Part shown: positions 46,767 to 57,142 of the stretch, piece by piece
Layout of the letters: every line of letters begins with the position of its first letter
Numbering within the stretch: the stretch's first letter is position 1
From: a virus
Taxonomy: Duplodnaviria; Heunggongvirae; Uroviricota; Caudoviricetes
Length of the DNA stretch: 64,000 nt
IMG/VR virus record: IMGVR_UViG_3300008262_000042
Coordinates: 803-64,802 of that record
Reading direction: 5' to 3' (one strand)
Translations under genes and position numbers: made by a program
Notes under the pieces: model-generated
Told to the model about the DNA's origin: nothing
Databases searched by the model: none
The model's input: the letters and a program-made list of their open reading frames with translations, nothing else

Positions 46767-47783
46767 TTAATTTGTATATTTACTAAGTTGTTGAAAATGA
46801 TTGTATAACCACATTCTTGGATCTTTGATGCTAGCGCCTAAATCATCTGCTTCATATAATTTTATGAACTCTGGAGTATTAAACTCTTTATATGGGCTAT
46901 CTAACATCTCTGAAATGCTATTAATATCTTCATCAGGGATATTAGGGTTATGCAAATCCATTAGTAATTTATTAATTTTAATTTGACTTTTAAAGTTTAA
47001 TATATTTGTATGGACTTTTTTATTACCCTTAGAACAAATATCAAGCACAGTCTCTAGTTCTACTACATCTTCTTTAGCTAACTGAGGAAACTCTTTAATA
47101 AGCGTTTTAGGGCCTAATCCTCCAACTCCAGGAACGTTATCACCAGTATCTCCTAATAACATCTTTTGCATTAGAAAATTATTAGGATGCACTTTATATT
47201 CTGATAGTACTTTTGCAGGCGTATAGAATATCTTTTTTGTAGGAGAATACACAGTTATTCTATCGTCTACTAATTGTAAATAATCTCTATCGCTAGATAG
47301 TATCGTAACTTGTTTTCCATAAGATTTCGCTAAATATCCAATTACATCGTCTGCTTCTACTTTATCAATAGCTAGAATATCAACTGGTAAACATCTTAGG
47401 TAATCAATTAATCTAACTATTTGATTAGTGATAGATTCTGACTCTTCTTCTTGACTTTCATAGTGATCCCAATTAGTAATTCTTTTTATGCCTCTATTCG
47501 CTTTATACTCTGGATAGATATATCTTTTATTCGTTGATGAACCTTTTCCATCAAAAACTAAGATTACTCTTGTAGGTCTTACGAGATCTATAGCATTACC
47601 AACTGATCTTAAAAATCCAGTCAATCCTCCAATTGGAGTTAGATTTTTATTCATATGTTGTATTACGGCAAATGATCTCATAAAAGTATTTAGTGAGTCT
47701 ACCATAAGCACACGACTATCTAATGTCAACTCTTCTTTTTCTTGCGTTAAAGAGTTGAATAATTCTTTATATTCTTTTTTCAT
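46767..47783 (-). CDS. 5'-3' exonuclease / flap endonuclease (T4 RNase H-like)
   Basis: PIN-like N-terminus (LMVDSLNTF, VFDGKGSS), H3TH motif GDTGDNVPGVGGLGPKT. Confidence 0.8.
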   Translation of the reverse strand: MKKEYKELFNSLTQEKEELTLDSRVLMVDSLNTFMRSFAVIQHMNKNLTPIGGLTGFLRSVGNAIDLVRPTRVILVFDGKGSSTNKRYIYPEYKANRGIKRITNWDHYESQEEESESITNQIVRLIDYLRCLPVDILAIDKVEADDVIGYLAKSYGKQVTILSSDRDYLQLVDDRITVYSPTKKIFYTPAKVLSEYKVHPNNFLMQKMLLGDTGDNVPGVGGLGPKTLIKEFPQLAKEDVVELETVLDICSKGNKKVHTNILNFKSQIKINKLLMDLHNPNIPDEDINSISEMLDSPYKEFNTPEFIKLYEADDLGASIKDPRMWLYNHFQQLSKYTN

Positions 47784-47792
47784 TACTTATTT

Positions 47793-48863
47793 TTATTCTG
47801 AATCATCATAAGCCACTGATGTTTCTACTGATTCTTCAATTAATTCAAAATCAATTGACCCAAATAAATTCATCCAATCTTCTGAATGATCATTTTTGTA
47901 TTTATTTACTGATGCTGGAGTATCGTCGATAAAGCCATGAGGTGTCATTATTACCTTTGTAACAGCTGTAACTCCAGTTACGTGATTCTTATCACATGAA
48001 ATTCTAGTTCTTTTAGCAAATTCTATATCTTTACCACCTTTGCTTGCTTTAATTTTATTGGTACCAGCTTTAGCTACATTACCAAATGTAATAACAAGAG
48101 AAGCATCAAAGTACATAGTATTACCGCCTTTATTTTGTAGAGTTGGTTGACTCATCGGATTATCTGGTTTAGCAACCCATACTTTATTTATCGCAATAAG
48201 TGTATTTGTATATGGTTGACTTTCCTTTCTTGATAATACAATTCTTTGATTAATGAAGTTACCAAATTGTTGTGACATAGCTCCAGCATTCCATTCATTA
48301 TTATTAGTAGACTTCTCTACAGACATTCTACATGGAATAGAACCAACTGAATCCCAAAAGAAACACAAATCATATGGTAAATTACCCTTTTTTTGTTCAT
48401 CTAAAATATCAGCTATAAAAGCAGCAACGTCTTCAACACAATTTAATTTTTCTCTATCTACAAATATAAAAAAGCCATCATAGTCAGATACAACTCCATC
48501 TTCATTTGCTACTTCATTAAATTGTAGTCCCATTAGTCTTGCGTGTTCCCATGACCACTTCATCTCTGTGATAATGAATACAGGCAATATATTCATCTTT
48601 TGACATGATACAGCGGCTTCTAATAAAGCTGTAGTCTTCCCTGTATCTGAGTGACCTCTTAATAGACTAATATGTCCAACTGGTAGACCTGGGATTTGTA
48701 ACGCCTCTTGAAAAGATTTTGATAGGGGTATCCATCTATCATCTTTAAACTTAACAGAAGTTGTATTTAGATTTTTCTTCTTTTTAAAGTTATCTAAATT
48801 AAATTGCCCTTTTATTGCGCCTGAAATTGCACCATTCAGGCTTGGTTTTTTTTCTTTTGCCAT
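47793..48863 (-). CDS. RecA-superfamily ATPase (UvsX/RecA-like recombinase candidate)
   Basis: Walker A LLRGHSDTGKTT, Walker B FFIFVDRE; acidic C-terminus; placed between the SSB and FEN genes. Confidence 0.5.
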   Translation of the reverse strand: MAKEKKPSLNGAISGAIKGQFNLDNFKKKKNLNTTSVKFKDDRWIPLSKSFQEALQIPGLPVGHISLLRGHSDTGKTTALLEAAVSCQKMNILPVFIITEMKWSWEHARLMGLQFNEVANEDGVVSDYDGFFIFVDREKLNCVEDVAAFIADILDEQKKGNLPYDLCFFWDSVGSIPCRMSVEKSTNNNEWNAGAMSQQFGNFINQRIVLSRKESQPYTNTLIAINKVWVAKPDNPMSQPTLQNKGGNTMYFDASLVITFGNVAKAGTNKIKASKGGKDIEFAKRTRISCDKNHVTGVTAVTKVIMTPHGFIDDTPASVNKYKNDHSEDWMNLFGSIDFELIEESVETSVAYDDSE

Positions 48864-48871
48864 ATTAGATT

Positions 48872-48899
48872 AAAATGCCCCTCGTTTGAGGGGCTTTTT
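48872..48899 (-). terminator. rho-independent terminator (GC-rich hairpin)
   Basis: 7-bp stem gcccctc/gaggggc with loop gttt and a flanking T-run; lies between the SSB gene end (48908) and the next gene start (48863). Confidence 0.6.
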
Positions 48900-48907
48900 A
48901 TTAGTTT

Positions 48908-49717
48908 TTAGAAATTAAAAAGATCATCTATCTTTTCATCTACACTCGTCTTTGTAGTGCCTAAGGTAAATTTACCAGCTGGTTTTTCTTCTTTTTCCCA
49001 AGGTAAATCTCCTTTTTGAGGCTGTGTTTCTGTTTCATCTTCAACCTCGCTCTCAGGGTTTAGGTAGTTTAGTAGAGCTGTTTTCATCTCATCATATCCA
49101 TACTTTTTAAATTGGGCTACTGGATTTGGTTGTTCAGTTAGCCACTTTTTAACTTGTTCAGGATCTTGAGATAATGGAGTGATTTTTGTTCTTACACGAA
49201 CTGTAGATTTGTTGTAAGTCAATCCTGTTGATTCTTTTCCTAAAGTTTCAATCGTAATATCACGACCTTCAATAGGATCTGTGTAGTCTCCAACGTCTTC
49301 ATCCTCAGCGATAGAGATTAAGTCCATGAAGATTTGCTTACCAATTCCCCAAAGCATAACGCCTTTTTCTTCCTCGCCTCTTACAATAACAGGAACAAAG
49401 ACTCTCATCTTAGGTTCTAATTTTTTGGCTAACATCCAATCTTCTCTGTTAGAAGACTTTCTTAAGCCTTGAGCAAATTCTACAATGGGATCCTTTTCTC
49501 CAAAGTTGGATAAAGCAATCATTGTTTTACTTCCAATTTCATAGTGGAAATAAAGTTCTTTAAATGGATTTGATTTGTCGTAGCACGATGGCACAATTCG
49601 TACCGTGTGTTTACCTACTGTAGGAGCCCATAAAGTTTTTTGCATGTCTCCTTTTTGTGAACCTTTCGGGTTTTGCAACGCATGCAAACGCTGCTTTAGC
49701 ATTTCTATATTCATCAT
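48908..49717 (-). CDS. single-stranded DNA-binding protein, T4 gp32-like
   Basis: 269 aa; N-terminal basic region, Cys/His-containing core (VRIVPSCYDKSNPFKELYFHYEIG), acidic C-terminal tail ending DEKIDDLFNF. Confidence 0.6.
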   Translation of the reverse strand: MMNIEMLKQRLHALQNPKGSQKGDMQKTLWAPTVGKHTVRIVPSCYDKSNPFKELYFHYEIGSKTMIALSNFGEKDPIVEFAQGLRKSSNREDWMLAKKLEPKMRVFVPVIVRGEEEKGVMLWGIGKQIFMDLISIAEDEDVGDYTDPIEGRDITIETLGKESTGLTYNKSTVRVRTKITPLSQDPEQVKKWLTEQPNPVAQFKKYGYDEMKTALLNYLNPESEVEDETETQPQKGDLPWEKEEKPAGKFTLGTTKTSVDEKIDDLFNF

Positions 49718-49774
49718 AATCTTTATTTAACTGTAACAAATGTACATATAAAATCGATAGTAAAAAAATTTATT

Positions 49775-50212
49775 TTACAAGTTCACGATTTTTTTTATTT
49801 CGGTATTCAACTTTTTAAACTTATTATCTTGGACTAATAAGATACAGTTTTTGTAGTCTGGCCAATTGATGGGAAATCTGCTGTCTAATACACCGTTATT
49901 TAATGTCATAATCAATGCATTCAGCGAGTTTATTGTGTATAGAGTGTTAGTTTCTTTTTTTCTATGAACAAGTATCGTATTTTTAATGATTCTTGGTTGT
50001 TGATCAGATTCTTCTATATTATATGTGCACAACAGTTCATTAGTGTCTGGTGAGCTTAATACAAATATTTTTTTATATAATACTGCGTACTCTCTATTTA
50101 TAGATTCAATTAATTGATTTAAGTCCTCTTCTGTGGTAAATGTACAGAATAATTTATTCCTAAGCATCTCTTTTGTTACTATACTATTTTTTATGAATTC
50201 AATTTTTTCCAT
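49775..50212 (-). CDS. hypothetical protein (145 aa)
   Basis: Minus-strand ORF. Confidence 0.35.
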   Translation of the reverse strand: MEKIEFIKNSIVTKEMLRNKLFCTFTTEEDLNQLIESINREYAVLYKKIFVLSSPDTNELLCTYNIEESDQQPRIIKNTILVHRKKETNTLYTINSLNALIMTLNNGVLDSRFPINWPDYKNCILLVQDNKFKKLNTEIKKIVNL

Positions 50213-50222
50213 CTATAAATAT

Positions 50223-51509
50223 TTACCCGTTTTGTAAAAAGTAGTTTTTTCCGTGTTTGTGCTTAGTTGGCGTATTATTTTGTTCTAAAATCTTTTTTAT
50301 TTCAACTAATAGTTCTTTTCCATCTTCTACTGAATAATCGAATAAAAACGCGTCATACGTTATTAGTACTAACCTTGTCTTTTTGTTTTGTAATATGTCT
50401 TTTATTTTTAGTATCTTATCAACGTTATATTTTGTTTCTAAATTCTGTACGTAATAATTTAACAATTTGCTTGGATTCATATCCTCTTCTCTCTTTAACT
50501 TAATTCCAGTAGGCAGTTCTAGGGACTCACCAGGTGCGCATGATTCGCTTAAAAAATTTGCTAATAGTAACATTCTATTAAAGAATGGGATGTGCTGGTG
50601 ATCTTCTGGTACGCTCCCATACAGATTCTTAAAGCTTATTGCTTTTGACTGTTTATATTCTTCTTCTGTTAGCGTATCTTTTTTAAAATACTGCTTTCCT
50701 AGATACTCATGTACTGAGCTATTTGGAAATTCATATTTAACTTCATTTGCAATGATTCTTAGATGATACGCATCAAAATCAAATTCTACAAAAAAGTCAT
50801 TATCAGGAATTATGCAAGATCGATGCGGTTCATCTTTTGGTATTGCTAAAAAGTTAACGCCATTAAATGTATTAGTTGGTCTTCCTGTTTGGTTATATAG
50901 ATTATATCTAGTGTATACTTTATCTTCTTTTATAGATATTTTTGGATTACTTATATTATTTATGCTAACAAAATCTTCATATTTTACTTTTATAGGATTT
51001 TTTTCTACATAAGAATAAGCTTCTATTAATCTATCTAGATTTTTTATAGGTCTTGCTTTTTTTATTATAGCATGATATTCACTATATACATGTTCTAAGT
51101 GTTCATAATGTTTTACTATCGGTATCATTGAATTTAATTCTTCCGAATCATAATACTTTCTATCATACTCAGATTGTATCTTTGTTTTTATTTCTAGTTC
51201 TTTATTATCAAAGAATAGTAAATCTATTAAGTTATCAGTATCTATATAATAAGAGTGACGTTTTTTATCAAGTACATAAACTTTATTGTGTTTTCTTATA
51301 AAATCTTTTACTATATTTTCTGGAATAGAGAATGCTTCAGAATGATTTACACATATTATATAACCCTTATCATTAGTTCTATAATAGTATGCACACGCTG
51401 TGGTGAGGCTCGGATGAAAATTATAGTTATTTGGGATTATTTGTAGAAAACACTCTTGAGAATGCTCAAGCATTTCAAGTTGCTCTATAGTCTCGATAAT
51501 AAAATACAT
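50223..51509 (-). CDS. minimal family-A DNA polymerase-like protein (polymerase domain only, 428 aa)
   Basis: Collinear PolA motifs: TGRPTNTFNGVNFLAIP (cf. TGRLSSSDPNLQNIP), motif A EFDFDAYHLRIIAN, motif B KAISFKNLYGS, motif C LITYDAFLFD. PolA-like spacing; no exonuclease domains. Confidence 0.5.
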   Translation of the reverse strand: MYFIIETIEQLEMLEHSQECFLQIIPNNYNFHPSLTTACAYYYRTNDKGYIICVNHSEAFSIPENIVKDFIRKHNKVYVLDKKRHSYYIDTDNLIDLLFFDNKELEIKTKIQSEYDRKYYDSEELNSMIPIVKHYEHLEHVYSEYHAIIKKARPIKNLDRLIEAYSYVEKNPIKVKYEDFVSINNISNPKISIKEDKVYTRYNLYNQTGRPTNTFNGVNFLAIPKDEPHRSCIIPDNDFFVEFDFDAYHLRIIANEVKYEFPNSSVHEYLGKQYFKKDTLTEEEYKQSKAISFKNLYGSVPEDHQHIPFFNRMLLLANFLSESCAPGESLELPTGIKLKREEDMNPSKLLNYYVQNLETKYNVDKILKIKDILQNKKTRLVLITYDAFLFDYSVEDGKELLVEIKKILEQNNTPTKHKHGKNYFLQNG

Positions 51510-51562
51510 ATAACCTTTATTTTTACAAATATATGTAAAATAATAATAGCAATAAAATTAAT

Positions 51563-52228
51563 TTATTGGGTGACTCTACCGAATTTTGCGTAATCTTCCG
51601 CAATAAAAGCTTTTATACCTAAGAAAGTCTTATCTAAATTTTCTACCAATCTTTTATTAGTATCTACGATTCCAGCTCTAATATCATATTGTGATAGCCT
51701 AATTGTATTTAATGGTCCAGTTAATTTCCAAAATATATTCTCTATTTGATAATAAGTAACATCATATGGTACTGTGCCATTACCAATAGCATCATACTCA
51801 TTTCCAGAAATTTCTTTTACATATCCATTTTCATTTATTCTTTTTACAAAATACCTAATTATTGATCCTTTTCTATAATCTTCTTCAGTAGGTTTTGGGA
51901 AATAAGACGTTGGTTCAGATTTGAATTCTGAAGATATTACTTCTCCTGTTGATGATATTGTAGTACTCTTTAATCTTGTATTGAATGCGAATTGTTGTCT
52001 TTGCGCTTGTGTATTAGCTACTGAAGCAAGTCCTGGTGTATTTGCGTACTCTGATATTCTTACTAAAGGCTTATTACTACCAATAACAGGGTTTGCTCCC
52101 GAAAAGAATTTACCGTCATATGTAGCATAGTATTTTCCTGAATAAGGTGCTCCATCTAACAAGAATTCATTTCCGCTAGTTATTAAATTTGTCTTTACTC
52201 TAAATGATGGATAATATCTTATTGGCAT
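51563..52228 (-). CDS. putative baseplate/tail structural protein (221 aa)
   Basis: Position at the distal end of the tail module; no motif. Confidence 0.3.
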   Translation of the reverse strand: MPIRYYPSFRVKTNLITSGNEFLLDGAPYSGKYYATYDGKFFSGANPVIGSNKPLVRISEYANTPGLASVANTQAQRQQFAFNTRLKSTTISSTGEVISSEFKSEPTSYFPKPTEEDYRKGSIIRYFVKRINENGYVKEISGNEYDAIGNGTVPYDVTYYQIENIFWKLTGPLNTIRLSQYDIRAGIVDTNKRLVENLDKTFLGIKAFIAEDYAKFGRVTQ

Positions 52229-52246
52229 ATTTTAAATTATAAACTA

Positions 52247-55200
52247 TTAAACAATTATCCCTGTTATTTTAGATATTTTTCTACCAACTTGTTCTGCTAG
52301 TGAATTTTGGCTATTTCCTCCAATTAATACATTTGTATTATTTATTCTTCTTTTTATAAATATAGCAGCTAATTCATCTGCTTTTCTAGTACCATTATTA
52401 TATGCGCTAATTATTTCTTTAGAAAAACCTTGAAACCACCCTGGACCATTCCAAGTTGCGTATACAAAATTAAAATAAAGTCTACCATCTGATTTTATTA
52501 AAGTTTGAATCTCTTTATTAGGAACAAATGTTGATAGATTATAATTAAATATTGGTTGCATAATTTCAACAGCTAATTCTAATAATTCAGACTTTAATGG
52601 ATCATTAGGAATATATGACCAAGGCCAACTATTTCTTGCGTTAGCTTGATCAATTTTACCCCAAAATCTTTTACATGGGCCACAATCTGATATTACGCTT
52701 CCGCCTCTCTCTCTATCTAAACCATACATCGTTTCTCCACTTGTTCCATATCGACTATCTCGTACTCTACCGTCTTTTAACATATCTGGATGGTAGTATC
52801 CGCCTTCTAAATTTGTTATTACGGCTATTGTAACTTCTCTAAAAGACGTCATATTTGCTGTTACTAAACTAGGTTTAAATGTCGCTCCAGCTGATGTTAT
52901 TATAGATTGTTGGCTAAAAGCAGCTTGATTTATTATTTCAAATTCAACCTTATCTTGTTTGCCTACCTTTGACATATAGTCTCCTGCGCTCTTTAAATAG
53001 TACATATTACTTTTTACAGATGTAGTCCATCTATTCGATTCTATAGAATGATCTAATCCAGTAACTACAAAGCCTACAGATCTAATTACATCTTTTGCTG
53101 AATTATTCTTAGAATAAGAGTATGGTAATAAATTCTCATTTATAGTAAAACCATTCATTATACCTAATCCTGAAATCCCATCAGTAGTAAATGTTAGAGA
53201 TAATGGCATTAGCATCGTTCCATTTGTTCCCGTGTCTTTATTTTTTGCTTTAAGAACTCTATCTATATAATAGCTAGTAGCATGATTTACTAAATCTTCA
53301 GCAGTTGCAGATGATCTATAAAAGCAATCTATAGCATAATTAAATCTTTGCGCTGATTCTATTTCTGTTTGATTTTTTGATTCATCATTAGATTTAGAAG
53401 CGGCTGCTATTATTGGTTTATATCTATCTATAGCATAATTACTTAATTTACCATATGCAGTTGCATCTGTACTATTAGTGGTTTGAGAACCAACATCAGC
53501 ATTTGCAGAAATAGCTACAACATTTGCTATTCTAGTTGATATATCAGTGTTTATTTGTAAACTCGTTGCTATTGATTCTTTACCATACAATGGCAAATCA
53601 TATTCATTGTTTTGTAAGATTTTATTACCTTCTTCAGCTGATGGAATATCTTGATCATCTACAACATAAAAACAGTTAGAATCATCATCATAGGCTAATC
53701 GTAAATAATTAAAAGTTCCAGTAGATTTACAAAAATCAGATAATAGTTCTTCTATCATAGATTTAAAATACACTGCATTTGTTTCATCTTTACTAGAATG
53801 CGATCTAATTAAATTTAATAAATAATCGATACTAATTAAACAATTTAAAAAACGTCCTCTATAGGCTGCTGTATTTGATCCACTAATTTTAAAATCCTTA
53901 ACTATATCAGATATTGAGTCGCCTGTCCATACGGGTACGCCATCTATGCTGTCATTTTTAACTATAGTAGGATCAAATAATTTTTTAAATGAATCTTTAT
54001 TTCCAGTAAAAGGCACTATAAATTTGAATGGATCAGTACATAACATAGTATCATTAGATTGACATACATTAGACCAAGTATTAAAATCTAAATAAAATAT
54101 TGGCTTATTTTTATTTTCAGTTTCATAAAGTAAACAACAGTGGTTAATCAAAAAGAAAAACCAACTTAATGGTATATAAGTGGGATAGTGTATATTTGCA
54201 TTTTCAAAAAGATCTTGACTTTGATAATACGGTATTAAGTAAGAAGAGAACATAGATTTATAATCTATAGCGTACTTATCTATAAGATTTGCCAAAGATC
54301 CATCACTATCATCTATATTAGGATTTTTCATTATATTTCTATGAAAACCCATATAAGATTCTACTTCAAATTTTATATTTTCATTTTTATAATACGCTCC
54401 ATCTTTAGTAATATAGCCTTTTATAGTATTTTTATAATTATCATCAATAAGATTAGCTATATTATTAGAAAAAGCTCCATTAAGATGAATGTTATTTAAA
54501 AAATCTTTATTTTTTTTATTTGCCCATTTTATTTCAGTTATTTTAGCTTCTCCTAGTGATCCAATCGAAGACGCTATAGTATTTAATTGAATAGTCCTAA
54601 GTATACACTCTATTTGCGATCTATACTGACTAGCTTCACTTTTTTGTAAAGCGCTTGAATCGATTTTTGCATATTCATCTAATTGTTTTTCTAATTCTTG
54701 TCTACCAGTATTTGCTTGCGCTGTATTATTAGGATCTGCTATTTGCGCAAATTCGAATTTAGATTTTGCTTGTATACTTCCTATTAAACTAAAATCATTA
54801 ATCGCTACTGATATTCTAAGTGTATGTATAACACTTTCACTTCTAGAAATTTCTATATTTTTACCAGTTTCATTATCTATTGGAGATCTAGAATACCATA
54901 GATTCTTAACAGGTATATCGGCGTATGCCCATAGAGTAACCTGGTCGTTATAATGATTTTTAAAAAAAACTACTACGTTATATTTACTTTTATTATCATT
55001 AACATATTCGTATACTGCGTTTTTTATTAGTTGTAAGTTTTGTTGAGTTTTTTCTGACTTTAAGTTAAATGTAATCGCTTTACTATTTATTCCATGTTGA
55101 TTTTTATCTATTTGTAATTGTGGATATAATGAATGTCTTATTTTTATTTTATACTCTTCATCAAAATATGATAAACTTACGACACCTGTTTGTTGAAGCG

Positions 55201-56830
55201 AGGCCCCCGAAAATATAGTTGTTAAAGTGCTATTCCCGCCTATATCTTCTAATTTATATTTTTCTATAATAAATTTTGAATCACTTGGTTTTATTGTATT
55301 TGTATCTAACGCATATTTTATATTATCGCCGAATCTAAAAGATTCACGATTATCAGGATTACTTGGATCTGGTCTTTGTACAACACTATCTACGTTTAAA
55401 TTAAAAGTAATACCAATCCCACTACTCAAAGTTGGATCTGGTGAATAATCGACTACTGTTTTATATTTACGAAAATAATAAAGCTTAGTTGGATTACTTG
55501 GATCAGCTCTTTTATCTTGAATATACACATCCACAATATCGCCTTCAGCGTAATGCCCTCTTTTATCTTCTTTAACTACTGATGAATTATTACTTACTAA
55601 ATATTCATCAATTGTTAATGGTTGTGTATTAGTGATCAAAGTTCTTGTTGCAGCGTCTATAATTCTACCATATTGATCACAATCATAATTACCTATTTTG
55701 TCTTTATATTTATAAGTTTTTTGTTTATCTGAGTAAAATTCATATCCTTCCCACGTTGCTGTGCCTTTAGCAACTTGTACATTATTTTCAATTGTATTTA
55801 TGAGAAGCCTCTTATTTATATAGTTAACTACACATTGAGGAAAATTATTTATATTCTGAGATTCTGCTGTATTAACTGCTTGTATTTTATCTTTTAATTC
55901 TGCTTCTCTTTTAAGTTTATTTATTTTAGTAACTACATTTGCAATATTTTCTATTGCGATTAATAAAGATTTAGGTAAATTAGTAATACCATTAATTCTT
56001 ATAGATTCTCCTAAATAACCAAGTGCTTGTAATTTTAAAGTACAATCATATCCTCCATTAATATTGGATGTAAAAGTAAAATTAGTGACTATACCTAGCA
56101 TAGCATCATAATTACCATCAGTATCTCTAACGGCTTTCATTATTTTATATCTAATCTTATCTTTATCTAATCCTTGTTCAAATGGATCTATTGCACTATC
56201 CTCTGTCTTTTTTAATTGTGAAACTTTTAGTATATCCTCAATATTAGTAGATGATGCTACATTCTTACTATTTGTTTTATAGTAATACGTATTTCCCCAT
56301 TCTAAAAACATTGTATAACCTAACTTAAAATACAACATATCTACTAAGTCTAGTTGCATTTTATCATTTACTGTAAATTGTATATCAGCACTTCTTATAG
56401 ATCCTAGTTTACCTTGAGTTATAATTTTTGCACTTTTTATACCTGGCATTGGTCTATAACCGTATTCTTGTACTTCTTTTGCTCCTAATAATTGATAAGC
56501 ACCATTATTTTCTATTCCACTTCTTAGATCATAATTAGCTTTTCCATCAACTGATTTGTATGCAGAAGTGCCTCCAAATAACACATACTGCTTAGCTAAA
56601 GTACTAGCCTCAAGTGCTTGAGGAAAGTCTCTATTTATTTTTTCTATAAACTCTTTTTTTATGTCTATCGAAGATACTAATCTAACCCATCCAGTTTTAT
56701 TTGCTAAATAAAGTAAATTACCATCATCTCTAACATCTTTAGAATTCATTTTAGATCTAACCATTAATTGATTATGCACCCATTCAGGTATTCTATAACC
56801 AAAAATGTTATCTAGATTTATATATCCCAT
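52247..56830 (-). CDS. large tail/baseplate protein with C-terminal GH108-like muramidase domain (1527 aa)
   Basis: C-terminal ~190 aa contain NLEGGYYHPD...RYGTSGETMYGLDR, matching the GH108 lysozyme EGGY...GG.T..GI signature; the rest is a long Asn/Ser/Thr-rich fibre/baseplate-like protein. Confidence 0.5.
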   Translation of the reverse strand: MGYINLDNIFGYRIPEWVHNQLMVRSKMNSKDVRDDGNLLYLANKTGWVRLVSSIDIKKEFIEKINRDFPQALEASTLAKQYVLFGGTSAYKSVDGKANYDLRSGIENNGAYQLLGAKEVQEYGYRPMPGIKSAKIITQGKLGSIRSADIQFTVNDKMQLDLVDMLYFKLGYTMFLEWGNTYYYKTNSKNVASSTNIEDILKVSQLKKTEDSAIDPFEQGLDKDKIRYKIMKAVRDTDGNYDAMLGIVTNFTFTSNINGGYDCTLKLQALGYLGESIRINGITNLPKSLLIAIENIANVVTKINKLKREAELKDKIQAVNTAESQNINNFPQCVVNYINKRLLINTIENNVQVAKGTATWEGYEFYSDKQKTYKYKDKIGNYDCDQYGRIIDAATRTLITNTQPLTIDEYLVSNNSSVVKEDKRGHYAEGDIVDVYIQDKRADPSNPTKLYYFRKYKTVVDYSPDPTLSSGIGITFNLNVDSVVQRPDPSNPDNRESFRFGDNIKYALDTNTIKPSDSKFIIEKYKLEDIGGNSTLTTIFSGASLQQTGVVSLSYFDEEYKIKIRHSLYPQLQIDKNQHGINSKAITFNLKSEKTQQNLQLIKNAVYEYVNDNKSKYNVVVFFKNHYNDQVTLWAYADIPVKNLWYSRSPIDNETGKNIEISRSESVIHTLRISVAINDFSLIGSIQAKSKFEFAQIADPNNTAQANTGRQELEKQLDEYAKIDSSALQKSEASQYRSQIECILRTIQLNTIASSIGSLGEAKITEIKWANKKNKDFLNNIHLNGAFSNNIANLIDDNYKNTIKGYITKDGAYYKNENIKFEVESYMGFHRNIMKNPNIDDSDGSLANLIDKYAIDYKSMFSSYLIPYYQSQDLFENANIHYPTYIPLSWFFFLINHCCLLYETENKNKPIFYLDFNTWSNVCQSNDTMLCTDPFKFIVPFTGNKDSFKKLFDPTIVKNDSIDGVPVWTGDSISDIVKDFKISGSNTAAYRGRFLNCLISIDYLLNLIRSHSSKDETNAVYFKSMIEELLSDFCKSTGTFNYLRLAYDDDSNCFYVVDDQDIPSAEEGNKILQNNEYDLPLYGKESIATSLQINTDISTRIANVVAISANADVGSQTTNSTDATAYGKLSNYAIDRYKPIIAAASKSNDESKNQTEIESAQRFNYAIDCFYRSSATAEDLVNHATSYYIDRVLKAKNKDTGTNGTMLMPLSLTFTTDGISGLGIMNGFTINENLLPYSYSKNNSAKDVIRSVGFVVTGLDHSIESNRWTTSVKSNMYYLKSAGDYMSKVGKQDKVEFEIINQAAFSQQSIITSAGATFKPSLVTANMTSFREVTIAVITNLEGGYYHPDMLKDGRVRDSRYGTSGETMYGLDRERGGSVISDCGPCKRFWGKIDQANARNSWPWSYIPNDPLKSELLELAVEIMQPIFNYNLSTFVPNKEIQTLIKSDGRLYFNFVYATWNGPGWFQGFSKEIISAYNNGTRKADELAAIFIKRRINNTNVLIGGNSQNSLAEQVGRKISKITGIIV

Positions 56831-56832
56831 AA

Positions 56833-57141
56833 CTATCTATTTAAGTTTTCTTTTTTATATTGATTTATTACTGATATTGGATTAGCTGGTATTCTTATTT
56901 GTGCTCCTATTGGTGGATATATTGAATCACCAGGTAAAGAATTTGCAGATGCTATTATACGCCATAAGTTCATATCTCCATAAAAATCTAGAGCTAGTAA
57001 ATCTAATCTATCTCCAAGAGTTGTTATAACATAATTATCCCCTTGAACTACAGGAATGCTCGGATATACATTAGTTTCATAGTATTGTATACCTGTATCT
57101 GTTTGTTTTTTTATTGGAGTATTTTCGTATTTATATGACAT
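56833..57141 (-). CDS. LysM-like baseplate protein (P2 gpX-like)
   Basis: 102 aa; LGDRLDLLALDFYGDMNLWRIIASANSL resembles a LysM fold. Confidence 0.35.
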   Translation of the reverse strand: MSYKYENTPIKKQTDTGIQYYETNVYPSIPVVQGDNYVITTLGDRLDLLALDFYGDMNLWRIIASANSLPGDSIYPPIGAQIRIPANPISVINQYKKENLNR

Positions 57142-57142
57142 A

